A DNA stretch of 64,000 bases. It comes from Mytilus trossulus (taxonomy: Eukaryota). The stretch is from assembly GCF_036588685.1 (NCBI RefSeq), contig NC_086379.1, forward strand, positions 20,708,001-20,772,000, given 5' to 3'. Under the pieces are notes generated by a model. That model was not told the origin of the DNA and did no database searches. It was given only the letters and a program-made list of their open reading frames with translations. Positions 52,719 to 64,000 of the stretch are shown here, piece after piece. Position 1 is the first letter of the stretch; each line of letters starts with the position of its first letter. The position numbers and the translations under genes are program-made.

Positions 52719-55700
52719 TCATGTTTTTGTAAGCAGTAAATTTTTATAACTACTAACTCTCGGAACTTCGCAAATATATCTATATGTCGTTGAACAGTGT
52801 TCGTCATTCCATGTCGGTTTGTCGGTACCCTCGGAAGATTGAATTCGAATAGTAGTGCAGGCTAGGCTTGAAAATGAAAAAACTGGGAAAATAATTAAAT
52901 AGAAAGATATTTTTTAAGTAAATGCTGTATAATGTACAAATAAAACAAAATGGAAATCATAAAAAAAAAAAAAAAAAGTTCAAATTCAGTAAAATGTTTT
53001 TCTCACATTCTGCAATCGGAGACTTTTATGACACTGTTTTGCGTGTCTGGTAATTTTTTAAATACATTGATAGCATGTAACAAAACTAATATCCAATAGC
53101 TAAGAAAAGAGAAGTGGTAAAGCTGGTTGTTCCAAGATAATATAGGCGATTTGACTCAACAAATAACATTTATAGTTTCTATCTGTCTGCTAGCATTGTT
53201 TTTGGTAAACATAAAACGTAAAAATCCCCCATGTAAGGTCAACCTTTCATTAAAAGGAGGACTTTTGTCATGTGACGTGTTGAAGGATAGTGTTCAACAT
53301 CAGGTTTCATGGTAATGTCATTTTTATTTTCATTCTTTTTTGATAAGTCGAGGTGACAGCCTCAGTTAAAGCAGTTATTGTGTTAGTAGCACATTCCTGA
53401 TCGAGCATGTTCACACTATACTAACGTCGTATGTACGGATTTACTACTTACAAATACACTGCACTAACAGATATGAGGAGGAGCAACTGAAATCGACAAT
53501 ACGTAAGATAACATATCACCATCCCGAATTGGTTGACTGAAACGATATGTCTCTGTTGCAAGTCAACAGCATCATGTTTATGAATTTTTTGTTTCTCGGA
53601 TCACAAGAGATTTGTTTTATATACAATTATACTAATAATGTCTCATTCCAAATTTTGAACGTTTGGTTTAAATGAATTTCGGAACTATTGGTAAATGATG
53701 CATATCAGAAGACGCCTACCTTTTTAAACCCCCGTTCTTGATCCTATTGTTCATTCATGACTTTTTGTGATACCCTTAGTTTTAGTTTGTTATCTTTATT
53801 TGTCTTACTAATCGATAAGCACTGTTTCCTTTATTTGTAGGTATTATGTCGTTATTTATACAAATTGAAATGTGTTGTACTGTTGTTTGTTGTATTTCTC
53901 TGGCGTACCTTTTAAAACTCCTCTAAGATTCACTGGTGGATATAATTTCATATAAAACAAGCTTCTTTTGAATTTTTCTTGAGAAACAATTTAAAACTTC
54001 TAAGGAAGAAGATATTATCATGACTATGTTGACCTCGATTTTTCCTTTTTGGGTTACTGTCACATTGACGTATTTTTCATATCTCTTGTATTCATATATC
54101 TAGAATGGGCACTAAAACCTTATATATTGTATTAAAATATCGCAGTATGTCTTGTAATTGATGTGCTTTCATCAGTTTTAGTTTGTAACTCGGATTTGTT
54201 TTTCCTCAATCGATTTAAGACTTTCGAATAGCGTTATACTACTGTTGACTTTATTTTTGATTACACATACATAATATCAGGAAATTATTATTTTAAACAA
54301 TAAATCTTAAACAACATAAATTACCTATTCATCTTAGAAGTGAACACTTACTCTCACCAAATGGATCATTTGGATAGTACAAAGGGCTATTGGTGACGGC
54401 AAATACATAATTTTCATTATCGTCAGGACTGTATCCACCAGTCCATACGTCAGTTTGTTTCGCTAAAAAGAATTTAAATATGATTAGTATCATATGACAT
54501 GTAGGAAGGTAATTAAAATCTACACAACATAATATTCTACTATCCCCACTTGATTAGTATTGTGATATTTCTGTTCTTCAATAGAAACATGCCTTAGCAA
54601 TCATTGGTCTTTTTTAATACTAGGAAATTTAAGTCGTCTTATCTGAAATATTTCCGAATTTCATTTCTTTTAACCAACAAGAGTGCACACATTGAAATGA
54701 TCATAGTCTAAAATATAAAGCTTTACTTCAACTACCAAATAACTTAACATGATCCAAGAATACGAGGTCAAGTTCTCACAAACCAAACTTGAAATGTGTG
54801 TGTAGCTAACAATCATTTAATACACTTAACATTGATCAGAGAACCATTAAAATGATATCAAGGTCAGATGAACCAGGCTAAGCAGACATGTATAGCTTTC
54901 AGTACCTCCATACAGCAAATGTAATTGGCCCCTAGCTTATAGTTTAAGAAAAACAAAACACAAAAACTAAACACTGAGCAATTAACATGTAAGACAGATA
55001 TGTACATCATTAAATATTTACATACACCAAATAAAGTTGTATCGTTGCATACAGTATTAGAAAAAAGAACAAAACTCAAAAACTTAACTTTGAGAAATGA
55101 ACCATGAAAATGAGTTCAAGGTCAAATGGTAACTACCAGTTGGACAGGTACACCAACAATTATAGAAGACCTATTACTTATAGTGTCTGAACTTTGGACT
55201 TGACCACCAAAACATACTTTGATTTGAGCGTCACTGATGAGTTTTATGCAGACAAAACGCGCGTCTGGCATTCTAAATTAAAATGCTGGTACCTTTGATA
55301 ACTACTTAACCTATTCACTGATCCATTAAATGAAGTCGAGGTCATGTGAAAACTGTCAAACAGGCATGAGTACCTTGCACGCATACCAAATTTAGTTATC
55401 GTATATAAAGAGAGAAATTAAGATTACAAAAAAAGTCTTTTTTGAAGTAGTCACTAAACCATGAAAATGTTTTTAAGAAATAGATTAACGCTGCAGGATC
55501 ACTCATCCTATTTTGAGCTTTCTGCAACAAAAGTCACATGCTCGACAACAAAGGACTTCAGAGCTTCTGGTATACTTTTAATTTGATATGAGTATTTTTT
55601 TCCCGTCACAACTTATTTTACAGTTTAAATGGACTGAAATGTTCACGAATTCTTAATTCATTTACAAATTTTCTAAAGTGCACCAAAGCTTTCAAAAGAA

Positions 55701-58700
55701 AACTATCATTAAGAGATACTTCAGCAAAAAGTCCGTGATATCTCACTCTTTATGGTAGTAAAACTTGGATAAAAATCGAGATACATGTTATTAAACTGAT
55801 CGTTATTTTCTTATTGCATTTCTACTAACTTAAACAGCTGTCTTTCCATAAACAATTTGCTTTTGTTTTTAGATACTATTATAATAAAAAAATTATTCAT
55901 CACTTTTAAATAACTTACGATAATAAAGCTTTGACTTCTTTTTCACTATTTGGTATGAATATGTAGGCTCATGGTGTCATGATACATTTCACCTAGAATT
56001 TAAGTACAAGATGCAGCATTTACATTTAAAACTTTCAATGCTATAACAAATTATACAATTATTGTATACCTTTACAGTCATGACAATGGAGAAGCAGGAA
56101 AAACAACAATGTAGTTCTTTACGTATCGGTACTGCAAGAATTACTAACATCATTTGTCAGGTATTTTTTCTTAAACTAAAAGAATTTTTTTTTAGGTAAC
56201 TGTTGACTTCTTTTTTTTTTGTGTCGTTTTGAAAAAACCCATAATCCATTGATATTTGATTTCATGGCATTGCCAAAGCCTGCTTACAAGCATTAGCAAA
56301 GATTTCGCTTTGTTTAGTATTCAAATTCGATTTTTCCTTTACCACGGAAATCCCATGAATAAAATAATCCATAGTTACTTCTTGTCTTATTGGCGCAAAC
56401 CGGTAACAACGTTTCTAGTTCACATTGCTGAAATTTGCTTGTTTGACGCCTGCAATATCTGAGGGTATAGCAGAACAGTTGTGTATTTGACAGGGATTGG
56501 CACGATTACTGACAAATTTTATCGATTAATAATCGATTACATGAGTGATTTTTGTGCAATCAATTAAAAATCGATTACTCAGATTTTTGTATCTAATCAA
56601 TTGCAATTGATTACTTTATCAAAAGTAATTACATTACTTTTCGATTACTGATAATAACATGCTTTAAAATTGCAACAAAAAAATAAAGTAAGTTCAATAC
56701 AACTTCTTTTCTCAACATTTGTATAGTGAAAGTATAGATCTTAACCAAAACCAGCATTTAAAATATTGTTTCCAAATTATATCATGACAGTCGAAATGGA
56801 ATCTCTTACGTTACTGAGGATCAGAAAAAAAACTTGAAATTTTCACTTTCAATATGAATGAGAGATGACATCGCATTTCATCTAGTATTTATTTGTATTA
56901 AAGGTTTTTTGATAATTTTTGCTTTCATACTTACATGAGTTAGTTTTATTGTATTTACTCATTGAAAACAGGTACATTTTAGAATACATGTCGTTAATTT
57001 CAATGTTGGAAGTTTTCTCTGAAAAAAATATAAAAAGAAGAATAATTATTTTGTTCAGCTAATTTTAAAGATCAAATTTTATAACAAGATGCATAATTTA
57101 ATCCTTTTGTTTGGTGAAAACCCTAATTACAGGTTATAAAATTGCCAATGGAGTACAATGTATAACCTGGTCAAAATAATGTAACCCCCCCTCTTAATTA
57201 CAGTAATTGAAATAAAAACAAAGTCTGTATCTTATTGATAATAAGAAGACTTTGATCATCTGATTAGTAAAGACATGAAGTTTGTTAATATTTTGTTTTC
57301 TCTAATCAAATTATAAACAATATATATTTAAAGTGCCAAAGAGGAATACATGTATCTATTTCTGAAAAGAATTCAATGCATAAGCATAAGTTCATTGTGA
57401 AAAGGGATTTTGTGTACTTTCTCAATCTATATATACACTTATATATCATAAAATTATAAGAAATCAACTGTTTATCCATTCTTAACTTCAATTTCTAACT
57501 CTGATTGAAAATTATGATTTGAGGTATTTTAATAGAATTAAGCTGTATTACCTTACTACCTAAGTGTAGTACAGAACTTAACTGAGGACTCATATCTTAT
57601 TTTAAAATCTATTTTCTCATTTTAGTATAAAGGGTCTTGAATTATTGACAAGCACATGAATCCATTTGTTTTAAAAGCTAGATATATATAAAGTTTCCAT
57701 TGTTGTAGGAGATCTGGTTGAACATAATGCAACTTTGAGACAATAAATAAAAATAAGGCAGATCAGTACATTCTATTCTATTTGCACTTCGACGTAATGA
57801 ATATTGCATACATACATATTTATAGGTTATATGTCATCAAACAATTTTACTAAAGTAATCGAAATGTAATCGAAAAGTAATCGATGATTGCATCATAATT
57901 TTTGCTGTAATCGATTAAATTACGATTACATGTAATCGAAAATGTCTTCGATTACAGATAACTGTCGATTACTGGGGAAAATGTAATCAATTACTATCGA
58001 TTACGATTACAGATTACGATTACCCCATCCCTGGTATTTGATATAATACACGTGTGGAAACTATTCCTGATTTTTTACATTAAAACGTTTTAAGATATGT
58101 TGTATGATATTCATTCATTATTCGAAGCGAAAATTGTTTGAGGTAAATTCATTAACTCCATTTTTTTTTCGCTAAAGCTTCTATTTTATCATCATTAATA
58201 AAATTGAGAATGGAAATGGGGAATATGTCAAAGAGACAACAACCCGAACAAATAAAAAAAACAACAGCAGAAGGTCACCAACAGGTCTTCAATGTAGCGA
58301 GATACTCCCGCACCCGGAATTGATTAATCTTTAGTGCTTTCGATAAAGAAGCATGAATTAGGTCAGGAATATGACAGTTCTTGTCCATTCGTTTTTTATG
58401 CGTTTTGTTATTTGATTTTGCCATGTGATTATGGACTTTCCGAATTTATTTTCCCCTAAGTTCAGTATTTTTGTGATTTTACTTTTTTTTCATAATAAAG
58501 ACTAAGTAAACTATTTTCGTCGAATTGATGCTCGAATGTTTCCGTTTAATGATCTTTTTATGTACATCTTTTTGTTAAGAAACATCAAAGAGATGTGTGC
58601 GTACAAACTATAATTGGAGAATATTACTATTTTTGATATTATATGTAATCTCCTTTTGAACATGATATATCTGTAATACAGGACTTTCTTCACCGAGGTT

Positions 58701-59071
58701 TTGAATTCATCCCCGCACGTGACATATGTATTCTACTCAAATCTTAGTAACCAGGATTATCATCGAAGGTCAATGGTTCTTTCCAGGCACCCGAGGATCC
58801 TCCATTGATACAAAGTATCCATTAAGTAAAAAATACTCAATTGTGTTGAAAGTGGCGCTCAAAACTAACATCAATTAATTAACAATCAATAAAGATTTTT
58901 TAGAGTAAGATGTAATTAAATCTAAAACACTATTAAGCATACTCACCAGAGCACTAGCCCACATTAACCGATCATCATCGTCCTGTTGATTTATAAAGTA
59001 ACAGTTAGAACTAACGGTTTGGTCGTCTAACAACACATATCCATTTGGACAATTTGCGGGAACACACGGGG
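52719..59071 (-). pseudogene. C-type lectin (perlucin-like single CTLD) gene, probably pseudogenised
   Basis: Minus-strand exons: 59071-58947 (PCVPANCPNGYVLL...NCYF...LMWASAL), 55992-55919 (VKCIMTP*AYIFIPNSEKE...), 54462-54352 (TDVWTGGYSPD...PFGE), 52882-52719 (LACTTI...TWNDEHCSTTYRYICEVPR...). In-frame TGA at 55969-55971 and a phase 2/phase 1 mismatch between the second and third exons. The 5' exons were not confidently found. Confidence 0.8.
56491..58033. mobile_element. Non-autonomous hAT transposon (CAGGGAT TIR, 8-bp TSD GTATTTGA, subterminal GATTAC/GTAATC arrays)
   Basis: GTATTTGA|CAGGGATTGG...CCATCCCTG|GTATTTGA. Lies in an intron of the minus-strand lectin gene. Confidence 0.9.
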
Positions 59072-60824
59072 CTATTCATTAGACATACAAAGAGATTAAG
59101 ATATATTACTTTTAAGCAGTAACATCAAGTAAACCGATGCCATAAACAAAGTTCAAATGAACGACATTGACATAATGAAAATTAAATGTATCACTCTAGC
59201 TAAAAGGAATACAATTTCGTCGAATGAATTCCCTAGTAATTTGATACCATACAGATATAAAATTGAGAATGTAAATGGGGAATGTGTCAAAGAGACAACA
59301 ACCCAACCAAATAAAAAAAACGACAGCAGAAGGTCACCAACAGGTCTTCAATGAATTTATATAGATTGGTTGTAATACGAAAGGCAGCTTTTAACAACTA
59401 GATAGGGCAACACTAAATTCGTTTATGTCAGGAAAAAATGAAAATAAGTAAAATGTTTTGTCTATGATATGACACCAATGAGAAAATAACTTGTTTGAAA
59501 TGGAAGATAAGTAATATACTGCATTTTCACAATTTTATAATGATTGTAATGAAGTGAGTATATTTTTAAAAAAATCATGTAAACATACTTTTTTCTCGTT
59601 TCTCGTCTTTTATATAGACCGTTGGTTTTCCCGTTTGAATTGCTTTACACTAGTAATTTCGGCCTTTTATAGCCTTTTGTCCGGTGTGAGCCAAGGCTCC
59701 GTGTTGAAGGCCGTGTATTGACCTATACTGGTTTACTTTTATAAATTGTTATTTGGATGGAGAGTTGTCTCATTGGCACTAACACCACATCTTCCTAGAT
59801 CTATTAATTAATAAAAATGATGTTTTAAGTTGGGTTATCTGAGTTTTTGTACCACAAAATCAGTGTATAGATTTAAGGTGTGTCCAATTAAGAATATACA
59901 CGTCCGTCAATGTAAAACTTAAAACTACAAGCATGACATGAAGTCCAAAGGAGTGTTTCGACAGAATATGCCTGCATGCGAATTCAAACTCATCAAAATG
60001 TTACAATCGGTTTAATTAAAGCTCAAACTATTAAACTTTACTAGGGAAAAAGACAACTACGACTATAATTAAGAGAAAACGCCTTGCTTTCAGTTCAGCA
60101 GCGTTAAAAACTTTTTTTTTTAAACCAATACATCGATAAACCAGTGTTTATTGCATAAATGCAAATTTATACCTCAAAGGGATTAAAGGCATAAATAATC
60201 AACAAAATAATTTTACAATGCATCATAAAAAACAATAAAGAACAAAACACTATATACATAAGTATCTATCATGCAGTTGTTGAGAGACCATGACTTTTAA
60301 CATATGGAGCAGCATACTACATAATTGACGGACACAAAAGACATAAAACCAATTTGTCAAAATCATTTATATTACTTATATCGGAATACAGTTGTTTGGG
60401 AATTTTTAGTAGTGTTCAGTAGATCTACCGATTTTGACATAAAAAAAGTTTGAGCAGATTTATTAGGCTTGTCACCCTTTATTCGCGCTTAGACTATTAT
60501 TATCAGTACATAAATCAATTTTTCAATGATATTGATGTATTTTCATTGAAAATACTTTTGCATTGTTTTAATATCCGAAATGAAATGTGTCATAAAATGC
60601 AAACCTTTAAACAAAAAATCTTAAATAAAAATCGGGTTCTACAATATAAGAACTGTATATATCTTGCTGAATAAAATGTAAACGTCAAATTTCTTTTTTT
60701 TTTTTTAATATCAATCATCTCTGTGTCTGTGACACGTAGATTTTTGAAGTCACAACAAACAAAAGAACTATGTCAATTTACCAAGCTTTGATTCTAAAAC
60801 TCCCCATGATTTTTTATAAGAAAA

Positions 60825-61155
60825 CATTTGTGTTCTTTCTGGAGATTCCGTGTATCGTCAATTCGGAATTCCAATGGGGACTAATTATGCACCACTTATT
60901 GCGAACCTGTTTCTGTATTGTTATGAGTTACAATTCATGACTAAAATCAGCAAAGACTCATTGACACAACACTATCTACTATATAGTATTAATTGTTTAA
61001 CTCAGAGAAATCTGTTATTAAACGAAATTAATGTACTTAATGTCAATTTTACTATTGATTTACTATTGTTTGGTGATGATGCTTTAAGTACTGAAGAAAA
61101 TGAAAATATTTATTTATCTGTTCAAAAGTATGTAAAATATTCCAAACGTTTTTCT
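60825..61155 (+). mobile_element. Penelope-like RT fragment fused to a CR1/L2-like ORF2 C-terminal fragment
   Basis: YRQFGIPMGTNYAPLIANLFL is PLE RT motif B. LLLFGDDALSTEEN..I...VQKYVKYSKRF is a typical LINE ORF2 terminus. Confidence 0.7.
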
Positions 61156-61276
61156 CTGCATTTACAACTTTAATTCTGTTTACAAAACATGTGATTAAAG
61201 ATATTTGTATATACATGGAATGGCAAATATCGAATGATCTTAAGTTTATGCATAACAACTATAATGTTATGTTTTC

Positions 61277-61825
61277 ATTAAGTTCATCATAACAAATAAA
61301 AATATGGCCGTATTTTCACCTCAAAAACTACTCTGTGTACAGACTTACCTGCGCTGTTTGGAAAGCTTTAATACCTAGTATCCACTAGGTATATAAAAGT
61401 TAAATGCATTTTGTGTTTAAAAAAGATAAAATATTTCTTGCTTTTTGATGGGATTTTTTTTTTCCTTTTTGCAGTTGGTGTAAAAATAAACAAACACCGG
61501 CATTACTATGATACTGTCCACTCACTGACTCAGAGAAACTGTTTAACTCACCTAAACAATCAAAACAATACAAACCAGTTTTTTTACCTAAAGGAGCATC
61601 TCATAGTTGTACCAGAACTTAGTTAATTTTCACTCCTTTTGCATGAAGGAAAAAAAATGCCCATCAAAATCAGAGAGAGATTTTATCTTACTGAAACACA
61701 AAATGCATTTAACTTTATTATATCTAGTGAGTGCCAGGCATTAAAACTTTTCCAACTTCACAGGTATGTCTGTTTGGCATGTAAATACAGCCATATTTGT
61801 CCGTTTGTTATGATGAACCTTAATG
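61277..61825. repeat. Diverged inverted duplication (arms about 61277-61490 and 61625-61825)
   Basis: Blocks CCCATCAAAA, TTTTATCTT, AAACACAAAATGCATTTAACTTT, CAG|GTA, AAATACRGCCATATTT and TTGTTATGATGAAC occur in opposite orientations. Confidence 0.85.
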
Positions 61826-62707
61826 CGGTGTTCACACATTGCCGATTATTGCTCCCGTTTGAGATCAGACAGCGATACGAAACGAAAATTGAAAAAGTCG
61901 GATTACTATCCTCAATTATCTGGAATGTCCTATCATTGTCTGAACGCAGTCGTTTATGGCCGTAACAGATTCCTGAAGGTTCCGAATAGTTCGGCGAAGC
62001 ACCCCGACAGTTAGGTGCGTCCCGTAACATGCGGGAAAACTCAGAAGATTTATTCTAGTCGGATTACAATCGTGCCTATGTCGTGACAGATTCTGCTGTA
62101 TCGGATCACAATCCTAACAATGTGCTGTGTATTCTGGACGGTGTTCTGAGGAATGGGAATGATATAGGGATTTTTTCATTGTTTTTTTTCTGCCGATTGA
62201 CTCCAGATTGCATCCAGATCTTGTCGATTGCGAACCGTTTTTTGCCGAAACAGTTCCGAAACAGCTCCGTTATCTGAGACCAGACAAAGCCGTTTGCAAT
62301 GCGATAAAGCGGACCGTGATAGGATTACGTTCCGACAGTACCTGCTGATTCCGATTATGACGACAGTGTTCACTGTCTGGTCACTGTCTGATCTCTGTCG
62401 GATTACATTCGGTAGAAATGGGACGTAGTCATAACAGACTCGGTCGAATTTTACCTGGCGAAAGATAAAAATTGGATTAGAAGCGGATTGAGAACGGGAT
62501 TATCGGGATCAATTCGCTTTGAAACGGTTGAATATCCGACACTTCCTGAACAATATCTTATTGTTGTCGTGATTAAATTATTTGTTTAACAAATTTTGAT
62601 TAAAGTTTGAATTTCCATCCGCGATTTACAGGATCTTGACCAGACTTTTGACAAATTTTAATCAGGAATGGTCCTGTCAAGGACGGCAGTAAATGTGTGA
62701 CCCCAGC
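61825..62707. mobile_element. GC-richer non-autonomous DNA transposon, Harbinger-like imperfect TIRs (GCGGTGTTCACACATT / AATGTGTGACCCCAGC)
   Basis: Inverted termini, TAA-like flanks, and an abrupt composition shift that explains the cluster of spurious ORFs. Confidence 0.6.
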
Positions 62708-63398
62708 TAAAGATTAAGTTTCAAATCTATACTTACGATTGTGAAGTTGACATCCTTTCCTTAAACTTGCATAATACATTAAGATCCCACTCTTTATTAT
62801 GATAAACACACAAAAAGGATTTGCGAATAGGTTACTCTCCTAAAACAATTCGGTGTGTTTGTGTTTTATTTATACTGTAAAAAGATGAACTCGATTAAAA
62901 TCCATTGATTCGCATCAACAAGTTTACTTTTGTTTTCATGTCTTTATTCCTAAATTCTTTCTTTGTATGAAATACTTGATGTGTTCAATAATTAATGTGT
63001 ATATTTTTTGTTGTTTTGGAGAAGACGTTACTAAGTTGATAAACTTGTGTCTGATCCATTTGTCAGTTTTAATACACGTTGTATGACATTGCACGGTAAG
63101 ACTTTATATCCATAAGAGTTAAGAACAAATAGTAGGAAATCTAATATTAACATAGTAGGTTGTATTCAGATTTTTAACCATAATACCACTCGCTATTATA
63201 GTTTCGAAATATAATCGTATTGTAAATATGAATGGGTGCAATATACCTAAAACTGTGTACCTTTATCGGGTACCTGTAATACCTGCAATATAAATACCTC
63301 GTTAAAAGAACTTCAAATTTCTATTTTTAACACAATTGATAACAACTAAACTGCGCAAACATAAATATCTATTTTATTATTAGACATTGAGATCAAAA

Positions 63399-63447
63399 AT
63401 GGCGATTGGTTATTATCTTACCTGGACTGCCGTCTTCGGAGTAATAG
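63399..63447 (+). CDS. Putative signal-peptide exon of a downstream gene (MAIGYYLTWTAVFGVI-G)
   Basis: TTATTAG acceptor at about 63383, AAAATGG Kozak-like start, G|GTAAAG phase-1 donor. No clean continuation within the window. Confidence 0.45.
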
Positions 63448-64000
63448 GTAAAGTTTCCTGTTATCTATTTATTATTTTAATATTTGTTTAATATATTTAT
63501 TCTCTGATGTTATTAATATGCGTTTTCATGCAAAAGAAAGAACTGTTTTTTCGTCTTTTTTGTAAATCCAGGTGCCAATAATAATGTCCAGACTATAATA
63601 TCGATCAGCTGAACATAAAAGTTACCTTACGCGTAATTGAGGACAATTTCTATGGATTTTTAAGATGCATTATCTGTCATATTCATGTTTACTGATTTGA
63701 ATTAAATTATCACATTTGATTTATAAATACTTTTCAAAACGATTATCAAAATTATAAAAAGTCTGAAATAAAAATAAATATAACACATGGTGTATCAAAA
63801 TTTAATGTAAATTTTAGTTTAGAAGTCATCTAATAAACCATCTAGTTGTCCGCCAAAGACTATCGACGGTCATATATCCCGATCTAAACATAAACAAAGA
63901 TATAAATATATAGCAAACGCGAGCAATTCGATTTTTTACCTGTTTTAGCTGACTATGCGGTAAAGGCATTGCTCATTGTCGAAGGCCAAACGATGGTCTA

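Noticed and set aside
1013-55271. Further hammerhead copies at about 1013, 2955, 4250, 5941, 10045, 18845, 30662, 42315, 52549 and 55228
   Set aside because: The catalytic core (CUGANGA or GAAA) is mutated or truncated, so these are counted as decayed remnants.
55969-55971. TGA as selenocysteine
   Set aside because: The position corresponds to Gly in the CTLD GAxL-like motif, not Cys. No SECIS was identified, and a second lesion is present.
59830-60230. Candidate signal-peptide exon (MMHCKIILLIIYAF...) and a Cys-containing exon for the minus-strand lectin
   Set aside because: Phases do not join and the frames contain stops, so they cannot be supported.
366-62428. Most ORFs in the six-frame track as standalone genes
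   Set aside because: They are short, low-complexity, often start at TTG/GTG and overlap repeats. Only those overlapping the listed exons or RT fragments are meaningful.
63572-63700. Candidate next exon after the 63399 signal exon
   Set aside because: All frames hit stops within about 15 codons.

Overview
AT-rich, repeat-dense eukaryotic genomic DNA. The repeat families and gene types point to a bivalve mollusc, most likely Mytilus (inferred, not verified by search). Almost all ORFs in the supplied track are spurious. The real content is: (1) A 13-exon + strand gene (about 719-44618, about 586-588 aa) reconstructed by hand from GT-AG sites with consistent phases. It encodes a type I membrane receptor: signal peptide, a C-type-lectin-like domain split by a complete WSC domain, a second CTL-like domain, an S/T stalk with three tandemly duplicated exons, a TM helix, and a cytoplasmic tail with 7 tyrosines in acidic contexts. 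(2) A - strand C-type lectin gene (about 52719-59071) with a WND motif, an in-frame TGA and a phase mismatch, so a probable pseudogene. (3) An inverted duplication at about 61277-61825 with outward-facing splice donors, plus a signal-peptide-like exon at 63399. (4) About 7 intact or near-intact minimal type I hammerhead ribozymes plus decayed copies. Several lie in about 350-360 nt tandem retrozyme units, and one intact pair sits in sense orientation in the intron that splits the WSC domain. (5) A 5 kb tandem segmental duplication in intron 1, hAT/Tc1/Kolobok/Harbinger-like MITEs, Helentron-like elements, SINE, LINE and Penelope remnants, and a 29-bp minisatellite.
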